Assembly: GCA_028866995.1 (NCBI GenBank)
Contig: JAGWHD010000001.1
Span: forward strand, 465,030 to 529,029
DNA from: Candidatus Micrarchaeota archaeon
Lineage (GTDB): Archaea; Micrarchaeota; Micrarchaeia; Micrarchaeales; CABMGC01
DNA: 64,000 bases
Direction of reading: 5' to 3'
Shown: in pieces, positions 18,970 through 27,785 of the stretch
Layout: each line of letters begins with the position of its first letter
Position numbering within the stretch: the stretch's first letter is position 1
The notes under the pieces: model-generated
The model's input: only the letters and a program-made list of their open reading frames with translations
Database searches by the model: none
What the model was told of the DNA's origin: nothing
Made by a program: the position numbers and the translations under genes

Positions 18970-19770
18970 TTATCTCGCATTGTGCAGTAGCATTCTAGTA
19001 ATCTTTGTCCGGAACAGTTTTGTATAGCTTCTAAGCGCTACCAGAATAACGAATATAACTGAAAAAAGCACCAAATTGGTAAAATGTATTTGTATGGTCA
19101 TTTGCGGAAATCCTGTAAAGTTTGCTACCAATTGAATCACAGAGAAATACACTAGAAGCATAAGGAATAGTATGCCAATTACGCTTACGCATAAAATGGC
19201 AACTTTCATAATCGGTTTTTTACCTTTTGCTTTTAACCTGGCCAGATTCCCTAACATGAATATATCTATCAAAGAGAACACCAGGATTATTGCAATCCCC
19301 TGCACACCGAACTCCGAAATTCCAGTACCGAAAATATTCTGAAAATACTCTATAACTACTGTGGAATATATGGATAGTATGGACGACAGGAAGAATACGA
19401 TTGCTAGGTAGTTTCCAAGTGCGTGGTGGTTTATGCGCCGTACCTCTATTTTCAAGGATTTTGTGCGATTATATAGCGTACTGAAGATTAAGAGGGACAA
19501 ATAAGCTAAGAATATCTCCAATATCACCACCTGAAGATCCATATAGAAGGTCTCATAATCAACAGTTCCGTTATTGGATACCTGTTCAGTATAAGCGTTG
19601 AAACTGCTGGTCAGATAATAAAAGATTTTGTCTGTAGGGAATATGGCGGTATAATAATGCGTGAAGTTGGTTTCATAGTAGTTGGTAACCGAGACTATCG
19701 CGTACACAGTAACAAGGACTAGAATAGGATAAGCCGCATACTGCAAGATGCTTCTCAATGACACTACCAT
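18970..19770 (-). CDS. hypothetical polytopic membrane protein (AT-rich gene)
   Basis: Five to six hydrophobic helices and no recognisable motif. One 60-nt line counted by hand has 20/60 G+C. Confidence 0.45.
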   Translation of the reverse strand: MVVSLRSILQYAAYPILVLVTVYAIVSVTNYYETNFTHYYTAIFPTDKIFYYLTSSFNAYTEQVSNNGTVDYETFYMDLQVVILEIFLAYLSLLIFSTLYNRTKSLKIEVRRINHHALGNYLAIVFFLSSILSIYSTVVIEYFQNIFGTGISEFGVQGIAIILVFSLIDIFMLGNLARLKAKGKKPIMKVAILCVSVIGILFLMLLVYFSVIQLVANFTGFPQMTIQIHFTNLVLFSVIFVILVALRSYTKLFRTKITRMLLHNAR

Positions 19771-19811
19771 GAAGATCTTTTATTCTACTACTCTATTCAG
19801 ATAATAAAATA

Positions 19812-21428
19812 CTATCTCTTCAAGTTCGAAAAGCCAAGACTCTTACTGTTCGATTCAGGTGCCGAGGTACTGCTTGGTTTCGGATCCTCAACAACTGTCT
19901 TGTTTGCGGGCTTTGGCTGTGTCGCTTCAAATGTACTGACCCATGCAGATATTGCCACTCCTAATAGTGACGTATCAACACCGACAGGTGCCAACGCAAC
20001 ATCCCCTACCTTTCCTACCAAGGTAGGTATATCCTGAGTAAGCACGGCAGCTCCTGTGTTTATCCTGCTTAGCACTGACTCAAGCTGTCCCATCACAGGG
20101 TCACCATCTACACTTGCAATTATCCTAGTCACTTCATCTGCAAATCCAACCCCCTGGTTGACTCCAGTAGCAGTCCCTACGACTTGCGTGACATTTATGG
20201 GCTGCGCAGATCCAGTGGTATCTTGATTGACTGTTGTGGTTGTCTGTTGTGTACTGGTTCCTGTAGTGGTGCTTGTGGTCGTTGTAACTCCCTGTGCCGG
20301 ATCTGCTTTCTGCGCGGTTGTCTGACCCTCTGCTTTTGTCATGGTCGTGAGGGTGCCGACTCCGGTCTTTATGGTTATTGGACGTACTGTTGCAGCAGAA
20401 CCTGGTGCATTTGATTGCGAGGTAGACGGAGTACCTTGCTTTCCAGGCGCAATCAAATATGCGACATCTGTTGGATTCTGCACTCCTGCACTGTTGTTCT
20501 GCGAGAAGTTCGTGTACCAACCTTCCCCGACGAATCCCTGCTGCGCATCATAAGGTTGCTTTCCAGGGGCAACTAAATATACGACGGCTGTTGAATCGGG
20601 CACGCCTGCGTTATTGTTCGGAGAGAAGTTAGTGTACCATCCCATCCCAAGAAAGCCCTTCTGCGCATCATAAGGATTGCCCTTTGAGCCTGTTGCTTGT
20701 GCAAACTGAGAGGCAGGCAGAGGCCCTTGCTTTCCAGGCGCAATCAAATATGCGACATCTGTTGGATTCTGCACTCCTGCACTGTTTCCCTTGGAAAAAT
20801 CGGTATAGTATCCCACGCCTACGAATCCCTTCTGTGCATCGTATGGGTTGTTCTTTGAACCATCTGGAGACTCAGCATTGCTTTGGGAGCTGCCCTGCGA
20901 TGTCGCAGGCGCTGATGGTTGCACTTGCGTTGTTGCTGGCGTCGTTGTTGTAACCTGAGACGCAGTTGCTGTCGGGTCTTGGTTCTGCTGTGCTGCCGCT
21001 GAAGGGTCCTGGCTGGTATTTTGGGGCTGGGCTGGAACCTGGACTGGCTGTTGAGAGGGCATAGGTGCTGGCCCCTGGGTCCCTGGGGCTACCAAATAAA
21101 CTACATCGGTGGCGTTGGGCACCCCCGCTGCATTTCCTTGGGAAAAGTCGGTATAGTATCCTGGCTGGACGAATCCGTTCTGCGCGTTATATGGGTTGCC
21201 CTGCGAACCTACGGATGAGTCTGCCTGCGCCAATCCTGGAGACAGTGCTGTCACTACGGCTACGGCCGGAACAGCCATTGCTTTCGCTAGAGTCTTCACG
21301 ATCCTCCTATCTCTATGACCCACATCCCTTTCCACCTGCCTCAATGCATCTGGCAGTGCATTCCCTTCTGCATGGCTAACGCGCATCTCGCTTACTTTTG
21401 ACTTACTCCTCATCCATACACCAATCAA
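19812..21428 (-). CDS. secreted repeat protein (probable Tat signal; four ~41-aa GNPYDAQ.GF..G.YT.FS...AGV...T.V.YL.APG repeats; Thr/Gln-rich linkers)
   Basis: DRRIVKTLAKAMAVPAVAVVTALSPGLAQA resembles a twin-arginine signal with an AxA cleavage site. The four internal repeats are read directly from the translation. Confidence 0.5.
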   Translation of the reverse strand: MIGVWMRSKSKVSEMRVSHAEGNALPDALRQVERDVGHRDRRIVKTLAKAMAVPAVAVVTALSPGLAQADSSVGSQGNPYNAQNGFVQPGYYTDFSQGNAAGVPNATDVVYLVAPGTQGPAPMPSQQPVQVPAQPQNTSQDPSAAAQQNQDPTATASQVTTTTPATTQVQPSAPATSQGSSQSNAESPDGSKNNPYDAQKGFVGVGYYTDFSKGNSAGVQNPTDVAYLIAPGKQGPLPASQFAQATGSKGNPYDAQKGFLGMGWYTNFSPNNNAGVPDSTAVVYLVAPGKQPYDAQQGFVGEGWYTNFSQNNSAGVQNPTDVAYLIAPGKQGTPSTSQSNAPGSAATVRPITIKTGVGTLTTMTKAEGQTTAQKADPAQGVTTTTSTTTGTSTQQTTTTVNQDTTGSAQPINVTQVVGTATGVNQGVGFADEVTRIIASVDGDPVMGQLESVLSRINTGAAVLTQDIPTLVGKVGDVALAPVGVDTSLLGVAISAWVSTFEATQPKPANKTVVEDPKPSSTSAPESNSKSLGFSNLKR

Positions 21429-21703
21429 ACGTGAATCCTGTAGGAATAGTGGCAGACTACTTCGCCGAACCTGCCCCTGTAGTTCCTTGATATGTAGCTG
21501 CGCAGCCTGTCCTGCCCTTCAGCGCAGTCAGCCTTAACCATCAGACCGTAATCCCCTTCCGATACGAAGACCTCGCTTATGCCCTTAAACCTGAGCAGCC
21601 TGCATGCCGCATCCCTTATGTTCCCATTCGCGTCGGGCTTGATGAAGAAGAACCTCTGCAGGCTCTCCCTCCTCACGGTAACCCTATTGTTTTTGCCTTC
21701 CAT
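21425..21703 (-). CDS. small stand-alone RAM (Lrp/AsnC ligand-binding)-like protein
   Basis: RFFFIKPD...GISEVFVSEGDYGLMVKADC resembles the beta-alpha-beta-beta-alpha-beta RAM pattern (V.ev..vtG.yD.l.kv). Its stop overlaps the start of the next gene. Confidence 0.35.
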   Translation of the reverse strand: MEGKNNRVTVRRESLQRFFFIKPDANGNIRDAACRLLRFKGISEVFVSEGDYGLMVKADCAEGQDRLRSYISRNYRGRFGEVVCHYSYRIHV

Positions 21704-21728
21704 CCCATCCCTTTATAGTGTCTATTTA

Positions 21729-21929
21729 TTACGCTTTACAGTCCTGAATGTGCCAAAGAAACGCAGCAGGCTCGTCAGATGTGAACTCTTTGCAAACAAA
21801 GCAAGTATAAGAGTGCGTATGGTTGGTTGGGTTATCGGGTCCCATACGCTGGGATTGTGGAACGGGCTTGGGTATCAGGTCAGAAAGAGAAAGTTGGGTT
21901 AGGTTGTTTAGCGCCTTCATTCCACACAT
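21729..21929 (-). CDS. small putative zinc-finger protein
   Basis: C-terminal C-x2-C-x12-H-x4-C (YTCFVCKEFTSDEPAAFLWHIQDC). The start is uncertain (M1 or M29). Confidence 0.25.
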   Translation of the reverse strand: MCGMKALNNLTQLSLSDLIPKPVPQSQRMGPDNPTNHTHSYTCFVCKEFTSDEPAAFLWHIQDCKA

Positions 21930-22074
21930 CCCACAACTATTATGAACGTCCTACTATTTATATCAATCGTGGATAAGCTAATAAACTTTTTAGTCTTGAA
22001 GAGAAATATCGCATAATTAAATCATATATAAGCTAATAAAACACCCAAGAATGTAAAAAGTGGGATTGGAAATA

Positions 22075-22082
22075 TTTAAATA
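22075..22082 (+). promoter_or_regulatory. candidate archaeal TATA box (TTTAAATA)
   Basis: It lies ~24 nt upstream of the ATG at 22106, a spacing consistent with a near-leaderless archaeal transcript. Confidence 0.3.
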
Positions 22083-22105
22083 TTACCCACCATATAAATA
22101 TAATT

Positions 22106-23434
22106 ATGAAAAGTTTACCAGATAAAGTTAAGGAAGCATTAATAAAGTTGAAGGCAACGCACATCCATTATGTAGAGGCAAAGTCGATTAAGGGGCGCTA
22201 TTATGCCTTTGAAGTTACTGGTAAATGGGACAAGAAACTGAAGAAGAAATTCAAGGTAACTCATTATCTTGGCAGAATAAGGGAAGACGGCGCGTTCCTG
22301 CCCGCAAAACACAGAAACAGGACCTCACAAACACCGTCGCCGAAAAGTCCGGCGGAAGAACCCGTCCATAAATATGACGAGGTAATATTAAGGAACCTTA
22401 CCATGAATGGTAGAATGCCTATGCCATTCCTGGCAAAGAAACTGGGCCTTAGCGTTACTGCGACAAGATATCAGGTCAACAGAGTAGAGGAAAAATATGG
22501 CATAAGATACATAGCAGAAATAGATTTTGGCAGAATTATCGGATATACTACATATGTTGCCTTTGTCAAGTTCGTTGACAAGGTTCCCAATGCTGACGAT
22601 ATAAGGACTGCAATGCAGAATGAACCCTCCATATCGGCAGCAGCATTGATTAGTGGCACATATGATTTGGCAATATTTTTGATAATAACCGATAACCAGC
22701 AATTGCTGAACCTGATAAACAGACTTAGGACGCAAACTGCGCTTAAGGATTACGAATCGTTGTGGTACTTCTCATTGAGATATAATACCTATAACTTTAT
22801 CCCTGCTCGCGCCAAGTTCTTTGATCTACTCGAAGAAAAGATATGGAAAAAGACGGCAGAGCAGCCAAGACCGAAAGGAGGGGAACTGAATTACCGCGAA
22901 TTTATAGTTCTGAAGGAACTGACCAACGATGGAAAGATCAACTTCTCGGAGATAGACAAAAAATATGGATGGGATTCAGGTGCCTCTCAATACACCTTCC
23001 ATAAATTGATGGAGGAGGGCACTATAGTAAGGACCACAATAACAATGGAAAAGCTCCCGATAAAATATAATGCACTGTTCATAGCAAATATTATAGACGA
23101 TGAAAAATTCTTGAAGGCAAGGTTCCATAGGCTTCAAATGATGATCACTGACAAGAACGCTCTAATCAATAACTACGTTTTCATAGCCACCATCGGAACA
23201 CCCTACAGTCAGATATACATATGTCCGATTTTTGAAGAGTCTAATCTAATAGACTATAAGAATGATATGCAGGAGATAAACAAAGGTAGCAGCATAAGTA
23301 TGTCAATCATAACTAATGTGCTTGTAGGTAATCTTTGCTATAGAAATCTAGATAATATGTATTCTTACCCCTACAAAACACTAGTGAATGAATATAAGAT
23401 ACCCCAACCAAAGCAGCCTGTAGAATACGAATAA
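22106..23434 (+). CDS. fused tandem Lrp/AsnC-like regulator (unassigned ~90-aa N-domain + two HTH-plus-RAM modules)
   Basis: Module 1: ILRNLTMNGRMPMPFLAKKLGLSVTATRYQVNRVEEKYGI plus SGTYDLAIFLI. Module 2: EFIVLKELTNDGKINFSEIDKKYG...HKLMEEGTIV. The gene is AT-rich (19/60 G+C on one counted line). Confidence 0.5.
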   Translation: MKSLPDKVKEALIKLKATHIHYVEAKSIKGRYYAFEVTGKWDKKLKKKFKVTHYLGRIREDGAFLPAKHRNRTSQTPSPKSPAEEPVHKYDEVILRNLTMNGRMPMPFLAKKLGLSVTATRYQVNRVEEKYGIRYIAEIDFGRIIGYTTYVAFVKFVDKVPNADDIRTAMQNEPSISAAALISGTYDLAIFLIITDNQQLLNLINRLRTQTALKDYESLWYFSLRYNTYNFIPARAKFFDLLEEKIWKKTAEQPRPKGGELNYREFIVLKELTNDGKINFSEIDKKYGWDSGASQYTFHKLMEEGTIVRTTITMEKLPIKYNALFIANIIDDEKFLKARFHRLQMMITDKNALINNYVFIATIGTPYSQIYICPIFEESNLIDYKNDMQEINKGSSISMSIITNVLVGNLCYRNLDNMYSYPYKTLVNEYKIPQPKQPVEYE

Positions 23435-23559
23435 GTGCTTCCCGATCTATGTTTCTAGGTTCCTCCTCCGTCCATCAACAACACCTCAATTAGAGAGTCG
23501 TAAGTCGGTTTTAAAAACCTATTCTATGACCATATTTACTGGAATAACCGGTCTTTTTT

Positions 23560-24078
23560 ATGAGGATAAGATACGCAAAACCAGGCGATTTCAAGGATAT
23601 CGCTACCATGGTTTATGATATGTACGTAGAAGTCGGGAAGAATTCCAGTTTTGGCGATTATGTCAGGCTTAACCGACCCAATACCCATCTAGTAAAGGAC
23701 TGGTTTGCAAATATCTATAAAGAATCAAAGAATGGCCATTCCGTATATCTTGTGGCCGAGGAGAAGGGTCACGTAATAGGACATTGTTTTGTGAGGAAGA
23801 GGGACATACCAGACTCGGAGAGATCCCATGTGGGTGTTCTTTCCATATTAGTGAACAGGACATGGAGAAATAGCGGCGTAGGCACGCGTTTGATTAAGAA
23901 GACTTTGAAGCTCAGCAGGAAAAAGTTCGATGTAGTGCAACTATCCGTATTGGCCATAAACAAAAGAGCGATACGACTTTATGAACGTTTTGGTTTCAAG
24001 AGATGGGGAATCGAACCAATGTATGCCAAAAGAAAAGGGAAGTATATCGATTCGGTCCATATGTATCTGAAACTATAA
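23560..24078 (+). CDS. GNAT-family N-acetyltransferase
   Basis: Acetyl-CoA motif A R-x-x-G-x-G (WRNSGVGTRLI) and a C-terminal YERFGF. Confidence 0.75.
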   Translation: MRIRYAKPGDFKDIATMVYDMYVEVGKNSSFGDYVRLNRPNTHLVKDWFANIYKESKNGHSVYLVAEEKGHVIGHCFVRKRDIPDSERSHVGVLSILVNRTWRNSGVGTRLIKKTLKLSRKKFDVVQLSVLAINKRAIRLYERFGFKRWGIEPMYAKRKGKYIDSVHMYLKL

Positions 24079-24092
24079 TCGCCCTTTGGAAC

Positions 24093-25001
24093 TTATCCCT
24101 TTGCCTTCTTGGCAAGGTGCTTTATGAGAAGCCCTGCAACGTCTATCTTGGTAGCTTCCTTGAATCCCTGCCATGACATGGTTGGATTGGCCTCGAGTAT
24201 GCTGTATCCGTCCTTGTCCTCAGCTATGTCTATGCCTGCATAATCAAGGTTCAATACCTCTGCAGCCTTCACCGCGATCTCCCCCATCTCCTTCGGTGTC
24301 TTCACAGCTGTAGGTACCGCTCCCTGCGCCACATTGCTCTTCCAGTCCTTTCCCTTCCTGAATTCAGTCCCTATGACCTTGCCTCCTATCACGACCACCC
24401 TGTAATCTCCTCCTCCCTTCTTCTCGATGTATTTCTGCATGTACAGCGGCTTGCTGAGGTTTGTGAAATAGCTGAATATATGCATCGCTACATCTGGGTC
24501 CTTGACGCGGAAGACACCGAAGCCCATCGCGCCCCTGAGCGGCTTTATGACCACCTCCCCCATCTCCTTTACTGCTTTGTACGCGACGTACATGTCCTCG
24601 GACATGAAGGTCCTTGGAACCGGCAATCCCTTCTTCGCCAGGAGCGTGAGTGAGGCAAGCTTGTCGCTTGCAGTGAGCCAGCTGAGGGCACTGTTCATGA
24701 CGTAGACTCCTGATTCCTCTATGGCCCTGACCGACCACACCCTGCTGGACAGCTGTTCGAAGTCCTTCACGACACCAAGGTGCCTGAGCATCGCAGCATC
24801 AACCTCTATCCTTTCAGGATGCCCCTTCGAGACCATCTGCGACAGCTCGATCTTTCCGTTCCTCAGGTCTATGCCGAGCTTGTCTATGAATATGCTGCCT
24901 ATCTCATGTCCCAGTGCCTTTGCAGCCCTCTCAAGGTCCTGATGCCCCTCATTGCTGTACTCGACCCCGTGAGGCCTTATGAGCCCTATCCTCAAGCACA
25001 C
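24093..25001 (-). CDS. RimK/LysX-type ATP-grasp ligase
   Basis: ATP-grasp layout: VVIKPLRGAMGFGV, YMQKYIEKKGGGDYRVVVIGG and GIDIAEDKDGYSILEANP. Confidence 0.75.
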   Translation of the reverse strand: MCLRIGLIRPHGVEYSNEGHQDLERAAKALGHEIGSIFIDKLGIDLRNGKIELSQMVSKGHPERIEVDAAMLRHLGVVKDFEQLSSRVWSVRAIEESGVYVMNSALSWLTASDKLASLTLLAKKGLPVPRTFMSEDMYVAYKAVKEMGEVVIKPLRGAMGFGVFRVKDPDVAMHIFSYFTNLSKPLYMQKYIEKKGGGDYRVVVIGGKVIGTEFRKGKDWKSNVAQGAVPTAVKTPKEMGEIAVKAAEVLNLDYAGIDIAEDKDGYSILEANPTMSWQGFKEATKIDVAGLLIKHLAKKAKG

Positions 25002-25044
25002 ACCCAGAATAGATCCCAGAGCAGGTATAAATAGATTGCAAGGC

Positions 25045-26436
25045 TCAGTCCCTGAGAACTGCCTCTATGCTCCTCAGGTACCTGCTCCTAGGCATCTCAT
25101 GGAAGTTCCTCCTCTGCATGTCCGCCATGTTTGTGCCAGAATCCACTATCTCCTGCGCGTATGCAAGGTATCTCTCGTTCTCCCCCGCAAGCCTCAAGCC
25201 TTCAAGCGCAAGCCTTACCATGTCCCTTGCGACCTCAAGCATAGGCTCTCCATCATAGGCGCCCTTCAGGCCGCTGTCTATCGCAGAGACCCTCGCTGCC
25301 CCTATTGTATCGTCACCGTGCATCGCCAGCCTCTCCATAGCAGCATCAGCATTCGCCACAAGCCCCCTTACTATGGCAGCGATCGACATTATGCCGCTTA
25401 TGCTTCTTGGAGTATCTGCTATCCTGACCTCGAGCCTTCCCTTGACCTCTCCGTCAGACTCCCCTATCCTTGGCCTCACGCAGTGCCTCAATGCGCCAAG
25501 CTGCGTATACAGCTCCTCCCTTCCAGGGATCACAGTAACGGCCCTTTCATGGTGCTCCACGCTGTAGGCATCCGCGCTTCCGTTGCCTATTACAGAGCGC
25601 AGCGTAGTGGGCTCCCTGTATGCAAGGTAATCCTTGCCTTTGCTTGTAACGAAGGCAGGCATGTCCAGCACCATGTCAAGGACATCGTGCATGCTCTCGA
25701 CCTTAGGAGGTATGCCGACCAGCTGCAGGTACTTCCAGGTCATCTGGTCCCAGAATCCTTCTCTTACGCTGGACCTGCCGCTGTCCCTTCCCATGTATAT
25801 CGGCGAGTTGCCGAACACCGCGGATATCGGCGGTATGTATCTTTTCAGCATCTCCATCAGCCTAGGCACCTCCTCCAAAGACACCTCTATGTTGGGGTGC
25901 ACGACAGCGCTGATCGTATGCAAGTATATGAGGTCTCCTAGGAAAGGCCTGAATGCCCTGTACCTCCTCCCAGGGGTCATCTGTCTCTCATCAGGAACAG
26001 CATACGGGCTTATGCCTGAACCCAGGTCCAGAAGTCCCAGCTCCCTAGCTGTCCTGGTTATCGTAGGCAGGTTCTCCCTGAGCTCGAGCTCAAGCGCCTC
26101 TAGCGATGTATGCGGGGCCCCAGCAAATTCTACTATGCTTATCCCCAGCTCCCTCTGTATGCTTAGCGGGTAGCCGTTGTTCTGCTTCCACAGCGTCTGT
26201 TCGCCATTAAGGACCCATGCCGGATCCGCAGCGGCAACTCCCTCTATCAGCTCCTTCCTCCTAGCAGCGGTCATCGGGCTTCCGTCCTTGGCCTCCACTA
26301 TGACCCTCTCGACCTCAAGCCCCATCCTCCTCCTGCGCTCGCTGATGCTGGTCCTGAAGCTGCTCCTGAGCGCATCCCCCATCATCCTTACGGTGTAAGG
26401 CCTGGGAGTTTCATCAGGATGGATTTTTGTTGGCAT
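25045..26436 (-). CDS. glutamate-cysteine ligase family 2 (GCS2/YbdK-like carboxylate-amine ligase)
   Basis: MGLEVERVIVE resembles the GxExE N-terminal strand of GCS2 enzymes, and the ~460-aa size fits. The assignment comes from motif memory only. Confidence 0.5.
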   Translation of the reverse strand: MPTKIHPDETPRPYTVRMMGDALRSSFRTSISERRRRMGLEVERVIVEAKDGSPMTAARRKELIEGVAAADPAWVLNGEQTLWKQNNGYPLSIQRELGISIVEFAGAPHTSLEALELELRENLPTITRTARELGLLDLGSGISPYAVPDERQMTPGRRYRAFRPFLGDLIYLHTISAVVHPNIEVSLEEVPRLMEMLKRYIPPISAVFGNSPIYMGRDSGRSSVREGFWDQMTWKYLQLVGIPPKVESMHDVLDMVLDMPAFVTSKGKDYLAYREPTTLRSVIGNGSADAYSVEHHERAVTVIPGREELYTQLGALRHCVRPRIGESDGEVKGRLEVRIADTPRSISGIMSIAAIVRGLVANADAAMERLAMHGDDTIGAARVSAIDSGLKGAYDGEPMLEVARDMVRLALEGLRLAGENERYLAYAQEIVDSGTNMADMQRRNFHEMPRSRYLRSIEAVLRD

Positions 26437-26616
26437 ATACTATCATCGTTTGTAAAAAGCTGCAAGAGGATCTGGCAGCTTAAGCGCTAAACCAGAAGCC
26501 GAAGAAGAAGACGGAAGCAGAGCTGGAGGCCGAATAGGTCCTTGAACTGCCCTTTGCCTGCATGCTATCTGCTGAAAGGAGGTGTTTTCAGGTATTTAAA
26601 GCTTGGTCTTGGCGGT

Positions 26617-26660
26617 CCTGTCGCTTATTCGTCAGTTTATATGCCTGTCGCATTCGTCAG
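26617..26660 (+). repeat. imperfect direct repeat CCTGTCGC(TT)ATTCGTCAG x2 flanking TTTATAT
   Basis: Read directly: 26617-26635 and 26644-26660. It sits at the left edge of the AT-rich islet. Confidence 0.6.
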
Positions 26661-26790
26661 GTGCTTTGGGGTGATTAAATGAAATTACCCTCTCTTTCAG
26701 AGCAAGATAAACTCGCAATTATAGGCATAGTAGCAACCAGGATACTTCTTATTCTTTTCTTGGTTATAACTTCTTGAATAGGGTATTCAA

Positions 26791-27558
26791 GTGGATGTGT
26801 ATGATTTTCTTATAACACTCGTGTTAGTTTCAGGACTCGCAATAATTGTAATAGGCCTTCTAACTCATCAATCTACATATTTCCTATCGGGAGGATTTAT
26901 AGCTATAGGTTTTTACCTATATCTCCTATTTCTAATGAAATTAACGTCATTTGAAGTTCATTCTACGGTCTATAGAGTAGGGTTATACGTTATCGCTATT
27001 CTTTTCATATGTGTGGTATTGGGATATATCATATCATTTATAATGCAGGTAAATGTCCCACATATAGCTCAATTCGAAATTTCCATTTTCGAAGCAATAC
27101 ACACAAATCTAATAGTCGGTTCAAGCATACTTGTTGCGATAGCTGGAATTTTTGGTAAGAACAACAAGATTCTATTAAAACAAACAATTTTCATCGCTTT
27201 GATAGTAATACTTATGTCTTTAGGTTCACTGGAGTTCTATTCATTATATAATTCTTACAAATTTGATTTTCTTATAATAATAAATGCAGAATTTCTGTTA
27301 ATTATAATTTTGTTCAAGATTTTGTATAATATAATAGGAAGGCCAGGTTATCCATTCGAAATAACATATACTACATCTGAAGGAACATTAGGTCATGAGA
27401 AAGAGCACGTGGCGATATTGAATATAGCGGCACGCACGCCACACGAAGCATTTATGAGTATACGGGCGGATAATAGACTACGCAATAGAAGAAACGCTGA
27501 GGATAGGTTATTCCTTGAAATAAAGAATGGTGAAATTAAAAGGATAAGGAAATTATAA
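26791..27558 (+). CDS. hypothetical ~6-TM membrane protein with basic C-terminal cytoplasmic tail
   Basis: GTG start. Six hydrophobic segments are followed by ~75 soluble residues (GRPGYPFEITYTTSEG...RADNRLRNRRNAEDRL). One counted line has 19/60 G+C. Confidence 0.5.
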   Translation: MDVYDFLITLVLVSGLAIIVIGLLTHQSTYFLSGGFIAIGFYLYLLFLMKLTSFEVHSTVYRVGLYVIAILFICVVLGYIISFIMQVNVPHIAQFEISIFEAIHTNLIVGSSILVAIAGIFGKNNKILLKQTIFIALIVILMSLGSLEFYSLYNSYKFDFLIIINAEFLLIIILFKILYNIIGRPGYPFEITYTTSEGTLGHEKEHVAILNIAARTPHEAFMSIRADNRLRNRRNAEDRLFLEIKNGEIKRIRKL

Positions 27559-27785
27559 TGACGAATGTTTAATCAGATTTAACCATCTATTCCTTTCACT
27601 ACCAATACTTATCCCTACCATCTCCGAAGGCGTAAGTCCGTTGAAATTTGTGCGATTATCTCCGCTCAAAGAACCATGTGGCTTGCACCAACGAAATTCT
27701 TTTGAAGGTTCTATGCCATAATATATGTGTGCTGATACAGGAAATGTTTGAATTAGGGATAAAACCTGAGTTTTTAAGTGTATAA

